A DNA stretch of 64,000 bases from the human T2T-CHM13v2.0 reference genome, Homo sapiens, in the NCBI RefSeq assembly GCF_009914755.1, contig NC_060934.1. One strand, given 5' to 3'. Each line of letters begins with the position of its first letter. The first letter of the stretch is position 1. Below, one piece after another: positions 42,721 through 55,152 of the stretch. Position numbers and translations under genes: made by a program. The notes beneath the pieces are model-generated. The model worked only from the letters and a program-made list of their open reading frames with translations, was not told the DNA's origin and did not search any database.

Positions 42721-42906
42721 CGGGTTGTTCTCAGTCTAACATATTACACACACCCCACATGCTCCTCAGCCAACCCAGTTTTTGATTAAACACAAAATCA
42801 CTTGGGGAGGAAGTAAACGACAACCCTCCTCCAAACTGTTCTTACCATGATGACAATGGTAACTGATGTTACATCAGAAATATTGACTCACTAAGAAGAG
42901 ACTGCA

Positions 42907-43207
42907 GGCCGTGTGTGGTGACTCACGTAATCCCAGCACTTTGGGAGGCTGAGGCGGATGGGTCACTTGAGTAAGGAGTTCGAGACCAGCCTGGCCAACA
43001 TGGTCAAATCCTGTCTCTACCAAAAATACAAAAATTAGCCAGGTGTGGTGGTGGGCGCCTGTAATCCCAGCTACTCAGGAGGCTGAGGCAGAAGAATCGC
43101 TTGAACCTGGGAGGTGGAAGTTGTAGTGAGCCGAGACGGAGCCACAGCACTCCAGCCTGGGCGACAAGAGCAAAACTCCATCTCAAAAAAAAAAAAAAAA
43201 AAAAAAA
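42907..43207 (+). mobile_element. Full-length AluSq-like element
   Basis: Ends 'gggcgacaagagcaaaactccatctc' + A tail. TSD AAGAGACTGCA (42896-42906) / AAGAGATTGCA (43208-43218). Confidence 0.94.
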
Positions 43208-43229
43208 AAGAGATTGCAAACAGGTGGCC

Positions 43230-43535
43230 CTTAAATTTTTTTGGTTAAAAAGAAAATGAGTTAACTGCCAACATTTGGAAATCATATTTCACAAAATCTG
43301 TATTACTTTCAGTTTCTCTAGAAAGATCAGGTTTAGCAATCTTGGACTTACATTCATTTCCGAATGGCCACAATGAGCTGGAGCTGAACAGCTGTTGCTC
43401 CTTTTTAGTGGAAAAAAAATGAGCTTCTCCAGATTGCCACTGTCCTCAGTAATCCCTATTCTTTTCCACTCCACCTGCCCTATCATCCACTGTACCTTCC
43501 TGGCTCTGTAAATGTTTGAGTTTGCAATTCCTGCA
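43230..43535. mobile_element. hAT-Charlie (MER102-like) fragment
   Basis: 'aactgccaacattt...gagctggagctgaacagctg...tttgagtttgcaattcctg'. Confidence 0.55.
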
Positions 43536-44569
43536 CTAAGGGTTGCAGCACAAATGAGAAAGTTTGCTGGGAACTGCACATAACCCCCAGTCTCACTCTC
43601 AACACACTTTTCCATCATTTGCCAGAGCATAACAGAATGTAACACTATCATAGCAATAATCTTTACATTGTTCTAATTTTAAAAAATTACGCGCAAACTT
43701 TGGTACTAATGTTAGTGACCAACCATACCATACCTTACATCTGAACACAACACACCATTAATTGAAATGCTCTGACAGAGAAATTTGATTTTGTGCTTCC
43801 TAGCATAAATTTCGCTTTTCAGTATGCCAAATGATGAAACCACTGAACATTTAAGAATCAAGTTTTAGGGTGTGAGGACTGTAAGATCAAAATTAAGCAC
43901 TTTTAGTTCATGTAATTATAGGTACATAAATACAAAATTAAATATTGCTTATAAGTATTAACTGTATAATCATAAAAATATAAAAGTATGAAGTTGTGGT
44001 ATCATGCAAAATTATCTGAGGAAAAATGTCAAATGTTGGGCATTTAGGTCACAAGCCCTACATGAAAAATGGCCACCTTAACAGACTCATAACAGCTCTC
44101 CACTTCCAAATTACTCCAAATATTTTTGCCTCAGCAGAGTAAGGAAAAAGAAACGTGCATGCTGTGGGCAGGTGGAAAGAAGAATCTAAAGGAGATGTGC
44201 TGGGAGAAGTAGAGGGACAGGTTCAACGGGCCTCCAGAAGGGACTACAATTCCAGAACAGAAAGGCGTTCTGGTCTGCTGAGAAATCCCTTGTGCCAAAT
44301 ATGTATGATTTATGTCTAAGACTACATATGGTTCATGTCCCATAATCTAGAATACAACTGCCTAATACACTGCCATAAAAATGTACCCATACCTCGGATG
44401 GAGGGGCATGCACTTAGACTGTTGTGTTGAGGGGACTGGAAGTGGTGACTGATTAATGACTTCTGGTAGATGCTGGAGGATAAGAAGTGGTGAAAAATGC
44501 TACCGGCTGTACCAACCCTATTCTACTTTCTTCAGTACCACAAAAGGTTTTCTTACATTTCCTCTGAAA

Positions 44570-44680
44570 GCTTGTGCATTCCCTACCTTACAGGGTTGTT
44601 GTGAGAAATAAAATAAAGCATAAATAGGAAGTACTCAGCAGAGACCTTAGCCTATATATAAATACTCAAATATCATTTCT
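44570..44680 (+). mobile_element. MIR 3' fragment
   Basis: 'cctaccttacagggttgttgtgagaaataaa'. Confidence 0.7.
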
Positions 44681-44957
44681 ACTAAATCGTAAGCTCCATC
44701 CCTATGAGGGGATGTCTTATATGTAGAGGGCATCCACACATTTGTTGAAGAATGTTCACTTGTACTTAAAAACTACTCTTTTGAATGACTTTTCAGAACT
44801 ATCTTCATAGTAAAATAAGTTTGTAGGTCTTACAGAATATGTGCTACAATACACCAAATAAGAGGCATCCTAGGTATTTATTAAAAAACAAGGAGGACTC
44901 ATATATAAATCCATTATGGTAACACCGCTGTATCTGTAATAAATGTTGACAACTGAA

Positions 44958-47900
44958 TTAAGTTTAAACACTTTAATCAACTATAAGTCAATAATCATAT
45001 ATTATATAAAAATTCTGATTCATGCATCAGATTACATAAATTATACAATTGTCACATTATACAATGCTTACATACTTTTGAATTTGTACCTGCAAAAATG
45101 TATACAAGTTATGAGAGCATTTACTTAAGAAGATAAGTGTTATACTCTTCAGTTATAAATAATGCTTCTATCTTTCAAATACCCGCTAAATATATGCATT
45201 TCTAGATCTGCAGCATTTTTTTGTACCTCAAAACACAAACCATCTGGAAGCTTCGAAGACTAACAGGCCCACATGTATCATGTATTAGACTTCAACTCCA
45301 CTGTGAGAGTGCATTTTTTGATGGATAAAACAAATGGAATGAAACATCAACTCTATTTTAATGCTTGAAGAGCTTCTATACCTCTTATTAAATATATCAG
45401 AAAATGCTTCATATGCAGATTAATTAGCTAAGGTGCTACCAATTGCATATTAAATACTTCCAATGATTGCATCTGGATTATTAAAGTTCTACATCTGTGC
45501 AAATGGGGGCTTTCCATGTGTGCTGACAGACCCTTCTACATACCATCATGGCCCAGCAGCACTGTGATCCTTTCCCTTATTTCAAAGGGACCAAGTGAAT
45601 GAGCATGCATCATACTTCACTTACACATACACACAAGTGACACCTACCACCTACAAGACATATGAGTACATGAACATCAAAAAAGTTTCAGCTTGATTTA
45701 CAAATCCAAGGTAAATTGCTTCTTCTGAAAAGCTACAGAGGAAAATAAAAGCTCTAGTGTAACATTTACTGTAGATATATTAGACAACAGTTTTTTGTTT
45801 TTTTTTTTAGATTCTCTTTGTTAAAGAATAAGCACCCTTCCGGGGATGGTAGGCAGGGAGGCGTGGTGGTGAGGGAGTTGCTGGAGGAATAACAAGAAGA
45901 AAACAAGTCTGTCACTAATGAGCTTAGTTTTACTTAGGTTTCCATTCATGAAACCCTTTTAAATACAAGGCAACATTTTCACAGCTGGAAAATTACAACT
46001 AAATCTTGATTTACCACCAAAAGCAATAGATGTAGTTATGTATAATCTATAGATAATACTACATTCAGGGGACAATGGCAAAACTAGGCTCAATGCAGAA
46101 CATAGCAGCAAAAAGCAATACTTAAAAACGTTTTTCATGAATGGGTTACATGTTGTTTTATATACAATTCTAAGATATGACCCTGGTATTCAATAAATGA
46201 AACTTGAAGCGTAAGTGGTAGGAAGGTATGTTCAATATTTTTAAAGCTGAATTTTAGAATTGGTTATAAAATAATACTGCTTTAAAAATAATAGCAGAAA
46301 TAGTTTAATTATGTAACAGAAGTACATTAGCTTAAGATAGTCTTGAGATAAATATCAATTCTGTGATTTTAAAAAATCCTCTTGTTGGTAGTAGTGTTTT
46401 GGGCATGCATTCTTTAAAGCATAAAAGCAAAAATAAACTCTATAATCTAGTGTACTGTGCATTATTTAATAAGCACATATATTTTATTTCCATTTCTAAG
46501 CAACTAACAAAATACATTAGAATACCTAAAGTTATGTTTTGGAAAAATAAACTAAGGTGACCTTTTTGGCCTCTTTTTCTACAACGTGAGAAATTAAAAC
46601 TACTTTGCACTTCTGCCCAAACACAGGAAACACTGATATATTTACTTGGGAACTAATTTTTACTTTTTGTTTTTAGTTTTATTATTTTGACTGATTATGA
46701 AAATATGCAATAAGTTTACTCTAGGTAATGAGTGAAAATTCACAAACATTAGAACAGCAAATTTTCAGGCAGTGATGAATGTATTAATAGATCTAGTTTT
46801 AAATATAATACTTGTCTCAGATTTAAAGATAAAAATTTTGATTGAGTTATAACCAAATCACTCATGTATGAATAAAGCTAAGCCTCAATAGCTTTTATAT
46901 AGGAAAAGAATCGCTCCTTAAAAATCAATTTCCCCATAAAAAGAAGAGCAGTACTTGAACCATACTTTTAAATGAGTTCTATTTATGTAAAACATATCCC
47001 CAATACAAAACTGACATCTTGGTTCACTCTATAAACAGCAAATTTGGCCAAAGCATATTATTATAGTATCTGCAGATACTGTCATAATACTGAAAACATA
47101 GATTTTCACATTTTAAGAAGTGTATGAAAAGACTCAATAATACTACCAGACAAAAACAAATGCTGAGAATTTTGTAACATTTAGTTAATTAAAAGTGGCA
47201 CCATGTTTAAAAAAAAAAAAAAAACTACCAAGACCTCAAACGGGAAAATACCATTCTACACCAGACTTTGAGGTTTATTACAGAATCTTGAGGAGAAAAA
47301 AATTGATAAAAGCTATTTTTCCTTCTCCATTTCTTAAAGCATTTAATTTTTATGAAAAAAATGTTCATAATTTCAAAATGTATGTTCTTACAGTAAAACT
47401 GAAATGCAGAAGATACAAATAACAAGGGGTTTTAGTTTACAAATACGAGCTTGGCCAAGTATTCTCTGATTCAAAATACTAAAATAAGCAAAAAAAAAAA
47501 ACCCAAACTATTATATCGGCTTTTTGTTTAACTTTCAATGGAGTCTTAACAGAGATAAGTATTAGAAAAAAATGCAATTCATGGAAAGATTGGGGAATAT
47601 GTAAGTCTCCATATGGACATGAATTTTCATTTTAAATTCAGAAAGACATAGATACTCTCAGTGTTTTATAGTATTTCAGACTTTAAAGGCTGAAAAATAA
47701 GCAGAAGATTAGCAATATTTTTATAACATTGCTTGTCAATTTAAATTTCAGAAAAAATTTGTACAAATCATATAAAAATAATCCATGGAAGAAATCAGTA
47801 TTTTGGGGGAGTGGACTTTAAAATAGAACATAATTTTGTAATAAATCAATTCTTAAAGGGTGGATGTGGAGTAATGCATAATGTCACGCTCGTAAAGTTC

Positions 47901-49039
47901 TCTTCTAAAAACTCACTCTTCCTTTAGTAAGTCTTATTTTGGTTCAAGACCCAAAGGCAACCATCTGCTCTATTATTTATGTAACCTGAAACCAAGCCTA
48001 ATTCTTCATTCCTGGAATCTGCCCGCTGCTTTGGGTTATCAGACACACCAGGCAATCACATACTTCCCACAATTATTTTCAGATATAACTTTATAATATT
48101 TGCTTTGCTAGTGATTTAAAGGCATGCAGAATTTCAACAAAACAAGCTATATTAGCTTATCTTCTGCTTATACCTTAAACAAACTCAAATGTTAATTAAT
48201 TCAAATAAATTCATGCTGTTATGAAGTTAATGAAGTCTCCTAAAATTTGTCATTCTTTAAAAAAGGACTTGAGATCATCACTTTTGGGGAAAGAGAAAAA
48301 CTTTGATGCTAGAATAATATATAGCAGCTCACTTTGAAACCAAGGTCCATGTAGTCAAGAGTGATTTGAAGCAGCTTCTCTATAACAAACCATGACAGTA
48401 GGAAGGATGACTTGTCTTGCATCAATAGAGCACACACATTTTCAAATCAAGAAATTGGTAGCCTAACTTTAGAGGCAATCAATTGTTTCTAAATGTTCTA
48501 AAAACACATGTATATATGAGGTATATGCCTATATTTTATATACAAGATACATGAATATATATATATTCATGTACATATGTGTATATAAAATATAAACTGT
48601 TTTTTTAGTAGTGTTTATAACGAGCAGTATTCCTGAAGCTAAATATTTCTACAAACTGATTTCTGAGAAACCAGCCACAGGATCAATTCTGCTTTATGAA
48701 AAATCTATTCCTGAGGAACAACTCACGTACTTCTGAAGATATTTCTGGGCCTATGGCAGATTAGTGGGTCAGTACCAGCACCTGAGTGAGTCCTAAGGAA
48801 CCACTTATTCATTGAGAATCTGGCCCATTTTCAATTTAAACATTTAAATGATTTAGCTTGCTTCAAAGGTCACTCTTGATAGTCCCTGCTAATATTTACA
48901 GGTAAAACTACTCTTCACAATAAAGGAGAATATGTAATGAAACCTGATAGTGTAGTCTCTTTCAGTAACAAGTTTTTCCTTCCTTCCTTCTTTCTTTCTC
49001 TCTCTTTGTCCAATTATCAATACAATACAATTGGCTTTA
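44958..49039 (-). other. RAB11FIP2: RAB11FIP2 long 3'UTR (~4.1 kb; distal end approximate)
   Basis: AT-rich stretch with no recognisable interspersed repeats, running from the stop codon to the distal poly(A) hexamers. Rich in miRNA seed matches and Pumilio elements. Repeats (MIR) resume just beyond it. Confidence 0.8.
44972..44977 (-). terminator. Candidate distal poly(A) signal ATTAAA of RAB11FIP2 (alternative AATAAA at 44877-44882)
   Basis: Plus-strand TTTAAT at 44972-44977 and TTTATT at 44877-44882, at the end of the repeat-free UTR block. Confidence 0.6.
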
Positions 49040-49267
49040 TTAACTGTTAGAGAATTTGCCAGCTTTCCTGGATGGTTCATATGGCACTCTGAGAATACTG
49101 GGCGTTTCTTCCATTACCCTTACAAGGAGGTTGTCGATGTAGTCCTCGAGTTCCCGGATGTGGGTGTCTTTCCTCCTAAGGAGTTCTTTGTGTTTCACCA
49201 GCTCCTGTAGAACCTCTTCATAGGTCAGACTACGATACCCTGCAGTGGCATCAAAGGGGTTGCTGTC
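49040..49267 (-). CDS. RAB11FIP2: RAB11FIP2 last coding exon: NPF motif and Rab11-binding domain (FIP-RBD)
   Basis: The minus strand reads cctgttctag|GAC AGC AAC CCC TTT... and translates to DSNPFDATAGYRSLTYEEVLQELVKHKELLRRKDTHIRELEDYIDNLLVRVMEETPSILRVPYEPSRKAGKFSNS* (75 aa + TAA). AG acceptor at 49268-49269. The RELEDYIDNLLVRVME signature of class I Rab11-FIPs and the C-terminus match RAB11FIP2 as I recall it. Confidence 0.98.
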   Translation of the reverse strand, partial: DSNPFDATAGYRSLTYEEVLQELVKHKELLRRKDTHIRELEDYIDNLLVRVMEETPSILRVPYEPSRKAGKFSNS

Positions 49268-50849
49268 CTAGAACAGGATAAAGACTGTCACTTTCATAGA
49301 TATAACATCTGGGACAAACATTAAGAATTACCTGGAACTTCGACTTTTTGTTTTTCAAACCCTGATGAAGTTTTTCGCTAGCCTTGCTTAAAGTGAATGT
49401 GACAGTTCACAAATTGGCTAGCCAGTCCTGAGGCAAGAACTAGGGCAGATGCACCAAAGTTTTGACTATAACTCTAAATCCTAAAACCCTTTCTAACATT
49501 GTGGGCAATTTCCTAATATCTGAGACTGGTTATATCATGTAAGATTACATTAAGAGATGAAATATTCTATAATAAATACAACTAAAATAGATGAAAACTA
49601 AAGATTTCTAAAAGTTAACTCAGAGGAACTGTAAGAAGTAACTGAAAACTATACACTTGGACTTGTGTCCTTATGAAACTGCTTCCACTGAACTGTGATT
49701 TAATGTTATATGTTTGGCTTCTTAGTGAAGATGGTTACAGCAAAAATCTTTTCTAATTTGCTATGAAAATGGAAGCACTCGGAATTAAATCAAAGATTAT
49801 CCTTACAGGAAGCCCCATGTGAGTAACTTCTGTTTTAATTTAGAAACAGGCAGAACTTTTCCTCCCCTGAGTAACTGGTCTATTTCTTTCTCCTATAATA
49901 ATATCTAATTTATCTTCTTTCCCTTTTTGACCCTGGTTATCAGGAAACTCAAGAGTTCAACCATATTAATACTACGGTTAGTATATTTGCATTCTCTCCC
50001 ATTTCATCTATTTACTTAACTTTATTCTATTGACAAAAATTCTTTTTAGGCAAAAGCATAAATATAACCAAAAATCTTTTTTAAAAGACACTTATTAATT
50101 CACTGTTATTACAAAGCATTCTAATATTAATGTTATATCAAAAGTGAAAGAAAAATATTTCTCAGGAATTTAATCAAGGCCCTGTAACATAATCTTTCAT
50201 TTATAGTGTATAGCATTAAGAGTTTTCATTCTGTAAAACATAATGCCCAATTACAACTAAGCAATTTTTTATTCTTTTTAAATCATAGTTCTCTCATTAA
50301 GCCCAACAATTTAAAATAATTTTCATCACTATCTTTTAAAACATTTCCATTTGGCTTTAAGGAAACTTAACTAAAATATTGAGGAAATTGGTTTTCTTGC
50401 TGTTAAGGAATACTATCTAATCTATTCAGTGGAGGATGGGGAATGGGGACTGGTGAATGCAGAATGACCCCCACCCCCAATAAGAATTAAACTGTCCTTC
50501 CCTGTTTTCAGGATCTACTTTAATAGTGCTATGTATTTGGGGGTGTTCATGAGAAAAGCCAAAGTTTAACTTTTCACTGGCCCTCACCACTTCCCCAGCC
50601 TCTCAGCCCAAGGAACCAGGACTTTACCAGACCAGAGAAAGAGAAGCTAGAGTACAGATACCAATTTGATGCTTGGGTCATTGAAGCACACCCACTTCTC
50701 CAGGATAAGTGAAAACATTCAGGACTGAAAAACTTTTCCAATTTCATAGAATCTCTCAGGCTTTGTGGAGAAGATACAGCTTGCGCTAGGCCTTCAAGAG
50801 TTTGCAGGCAGAAATGCGTAATGGGGCATTTCAAGCAGTGAACTCTGCT

Positions 50850-51230
50850 TGTTCAAAGAAGGAAACAAGGCTCAAGGCATAGTGGCCAACAGGTAATCCA
50901 ATAACAGGTACTCTGTAGAGCATGGCTGGAAAATACTGTACAGGACAGCGAGCAGACAGGGGCCGAAATGGAAGGTTTGAAATAGACCACCAAGAATGCT
51001 GAATGGTAGTATAAAGAATTTTTAGACTTTTGCTATGGAAAATAGGAAGCCACTGAAGGTTTCTAAACAGAGAAAGGATATGATTAAAGCTATGTTCCAG
51101 GAAAAGTAAAATGGCAACAGTGGAATCATTTGGAGGGGCTAAGATTAGGTATAGGGCTATTGAAATATGAAAGACCAGAGTTAGCAAGAATGAATAGAGA
51201 GGATATTAAAGGGAAGTGAGTTTAAATTCT
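50850..51230 (-). mobile_element. L2 fragment
   Basis: 'aataggaagccactgaaggtttctaaacag...gatatgatta'. Confidence 0.7.
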
Positions 51231-51423
51231 ATAAAATATGTCTAAAACAACTTAGTTTATTTTAGCATTAGAAACTGGAAACAGATGTAAGTTTCAGTCA
51301 TATTTCCTTCATCCTTAAAAACATTTCAAATATTGTTCTAAAACCATTAAAGGACAATTCTAGAGATAAGTGTTGTTTTACTTCTCCCTCCTCTCTCAGA
51401 TCAATTAATCTTTTATAAGTCTA

Positions 51424-51450
51424 CACACATGCGCACACACACACACACAC
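51424..51450. repeat. (CA)n microsatellite
   Basis: Seen directly. Confidence 0.9.
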
Positions 51451-54400
51451 TCTCATGCACGTAGTTACTAGTTTAATTGGTCATAATATATAGTTTGGAG
51501 ATACATAAGTATTAATTACATTCTTATAAAAGATTATGTTAAGCCGTTTTCTACAGTAAAGAGAAGACATAGTGTAGAGTTCGGTATACTTTTGAAATTT
51601 CTTAAAAATAAGCTAAAGTGTCTTACTTCAACTCGAGTAATTCTGCATAAATTTGAGAGAGAAAGCAACTTGGGTCTCACTTTCCTTATCTGATAGATGA
51701 GATGTTCTCCATGGTCCCTTTCAACTCTAAAATTGTCTGGTATACCAAGTGATTTTTCTAAACCCCACTTTAAAAACTAATAAACTCTAACTAATGTGAT
51801 TTCACTTTTCTAATAAAACATTTACTGAGAAATTCATGTTCTTGTGAGAATTGCAGGGATTAATGAAAGGAAGCTAAATGGGATTCATTACTGATTAGTT
51901 GACTGCTTTATGCTTTTTCTTTATTTAACATAATAAAAGCATCTATTCAAGTCTCTCTAATCTTAATAAAATTACACATATATAAACTGATTTCTCCAAA
52001 CTAATTAAGCTATGAAATAGTTAAAATAAAAGTGCACTGTTATATTTAACACTATTACCAGTTAATGTAGTTAAAAATTTTTTGTAACATTTCTCTAAAG
52101 ACACTGAAGATGAAAAACGTTTCAAAAATTTGTGTTTTGATATAAATTAAAGCCATGATATAAATTAATAGTTTAATCTTTCAAAATAATCAATTATTAT
52201 TTCAGACTACTGGTCATACTTTATAGCCATACTCTAGAATACACAGATATGTTATTTGGATTATTTTTTTTTTCCTTACAACAATCTAACACTAATGTGT
52301 AGACAGATTTCCTGGAAATACATTTCTGGCCTTTTCAATAAATTTTCCGTTTGTCCTTTTATGTGAAAATTTCACCTCAAATTTTAGCATCAAGTTTCTA
52401 GGCAGGAAAACATCTTAGAAACATATGTACTATGAACTATATTCTGGAAAAGAATATAAAATAATTAAAAACAGTTTCATGCTGAGTTCCAGATTTTATC
52501 TGATATTTGAAAACAATGTAAACCTTCTAATTTTAGGCATGAGATTCTTAAATTGACTGATATACTCCACATATATATATATATTTCTGTTTGTTGATAT
52601 AACTCCAAATAAAATAATGATTAAGTAATATAAACAATAGAAAATTAAAACATATGCTCATTACAAAAATTATTTTTTTAGAGAGGAAAACTCTCAGGTA
52701 AATATAAAAATTATTTTTTCGAAAGATTATTCTTGCAAAAACTTGCAAAATTCATAACTCTCTAAACTGGCAAAGACCAAATGCAACTTACAATGGTTAC
52801 TCCAAAGTGCTCAATATTTTTTCTTACAGTACTCCATACAGACAGCACTTATGTTTTTAAGATGTTTTCTTATTTTGAAATTTAATGTAAATTTTTCTTC
52901 TCTCTTCCCCTTTTACAACCAACCTTTTCTCATTTCTACTCCACCTCTGTTAAAAATGTCCATATGCAGACATAGAAGATGTGGACTGGTAAGAAAATAT
53001 TAGAATTACTACATGAAGTTTTCTAACCCAGAATTTTAAATAATACAGTTTTGCATAAGATTTTGAGAACTGCTAGTGATCTATTTTTGCTTTACACAGT
53101 CTAGCCTTTTAAACTAGGAAATGTACATTTTTTACAATATTTAAATTTAAACAAAAGCAAATTATCAAGACTCAAAATAACTGAAGATTTAAAGAAAGGT
53201 TGTCCTGGTAACCAAATATTGGTGGGGTACTAACTGACATCCAAGGCAACTAGAGGAGAGAGAGAAAAAAAAATGAAGGCTTGGCATTCTCTGATCATCT
53301 CATTATTGTTCTAATGAGGAACTTTGCTCTGGGAATATCATCTCAGCTACTTTCACATCTTTTGTCCTACTCCCTTCATCTCCCTTTCAGTTCTTAATTA
53401 GGCCTTAAAGAGCTCACACTGCCCTTTCAACTGGCTACTGCTCCTGTTTAAACACTGTGCTTTCACAGACAGGTGTTGGCACTAGCATATAAGACATACA
53501 AACTTAATTACAAAATACTATGTCCAGAGGGAGAAAAAATAACTTGGTGGATGGCTATTATTGGAGAACTTAATGTAAATTACTTCAAACATCTTATAAT
53601 CTTCAACATAAAAATTGTTCGAATGCTTTTCTTCAATCATGATCAGTACGAAGATGCGCTTCCTCCTCTTAATTGTATCTTGCAGTAAATTAACAACACC
53701 TAGTAATCCTTTAACTGTCATTTAGAATAGTTAGTATTCCAGAGAAAAATAATCACACATCAAGGATTCTTTTATCACCTTTAAATCCTTTAACTAAAAC
53801 AATTTTCACATTTTATTTCTTTAAAGAATTCTAAGGATGCTTCTACAGCAATAAATTACAAGATTTGGAAAAGTACATTTACAAGCAATCGAAATTGTAA
53901 TTAAGGTTACTTAATAAACAATAGCTACACATTAAATCGATTTTTTTGATGTTGCATTTTGTTTGAGATTAAGTAACCGCCTGATAGAATTCATTTTACT
54001 ATCTGATCAAAGGCTGACTTCATATTTTCTCACATTTCTCGCCAGACTGCCATATTATAAAGACTTGAGAATTTATAAAACATCAAAACTTACGAATCGT
54101 TTAAATAAAACAGCAAAAACACAGTACAAAGTCCTGTGCTTCTGTAACAGTTTCCACAATTTTAAAGATAAACAACTGCATTTAGAATGGTTTAGAAAAT
54201 AAACCCTAAACCCACCTTAGCTTCTTCTAGCCATGTCACATCCTAAAAAATAGTGATATGTGATATGGGATTGCCTAAAAAAATTCTTACTATACATCTG
54301 GATCGCACACATCAAGGACAGATGGTTGAAACAGCAACCACCAGTGTCTTGGAATAAAGCCTCTATTTCTGTTATTCAGTGAGAATTTAGTTTTCTACCA

Positions 54401-55106
54401 AGAACGTTTGCCCATATTTTGGCAAAGTAATTTATTCTCTACGTTTAATATAGTTAGAATTGATTGCAGATGCAATGGAACTCTGAACAGAGATTAAATA
54501 CTGGACTTCAAATACTACAATAAAGTTCAGATTATCTGAATAATCCTTGCAAAATACGTGAGTTGATTTAGGTGGTCGCTACCAATCCTGTTAACATATT
54601 TGGTTTTGTTCTGACGAGAAAGATAAGTGTCCTAAAGTATTTGTTCTTTCAAATACTTTCCTGGTTATCTGGCTCTCCTGCCAGGATGCTTTTCTATTGT
54701 TGAATGTTAACAAGCAGCTTTATTCTTTCTTCAATCCTTGTCCCAACAACAACAAAAAATAGTCTTTTCTACGTGCTCTTATTTCATAACCACAAATTTG
54801 ACCCTGACATACAGCTTGCATATTAATTTCAAAAGTCTGTAAACAAAATATGTATATTCTAAATTGGCTTCAATTATAACCAATTTTGCTTGAACTTTCA
54901 TAGATCATACGAGTCACACCCTATTGTATATTAAAGGCAAAGATTGTATTTTACTTTCTTTCTTTCTCCTAAAATTACTACGCTAAGCTACAATTCTTAG
55001 GTAAGTGAGGCAGAAGGCAAGAAGACAAAGGCATTTTTAGAAATGTGTGCCAGAGAAAAAGACCAGCTTACTCTTTGACAACCCTCTAACCCCTTCAGCA
55101 ACTTAC

Positions 55107-55152
55107 CGGGATTTTCCTGAGGTCTTCATTGCTTGTTGGACTCATATGAAAA
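55107..55152 (-). CDS. RAB11FIP2: RAB11FIP2 penultimate coding exon (46 nt, phase 2 in, phase 0 out)
   Basis: Minus strand: ttgtttgtgttttattag|T TTT CAT ATG AGT CCA ACA AGC AAT GAA GAC CTC AGG AAA ATC CCG|gtaagt = (S)FHMSPTSNEDLRKIP. Splice sites are canonical and it joins in frame to DSNPF of the last exon. Confidence 0.96.

Larger units (their letters stand above)
49268..55106 (-). other. RAB11FIP2: RAB11FIP2 last intron
   Basis: GTAAGT donor (55101-55106) to AG acceptor (49268-49269) between two in-frame exons. Confidence 0.93.

Noticed and set aside
48889-49080. 63-aa minus-strand ORF overlapping the RAB11FIP2 stop
   Set aside because: Out-of-frame ATG inside the real exon, running into the 3'UTR; no evidence of translation.
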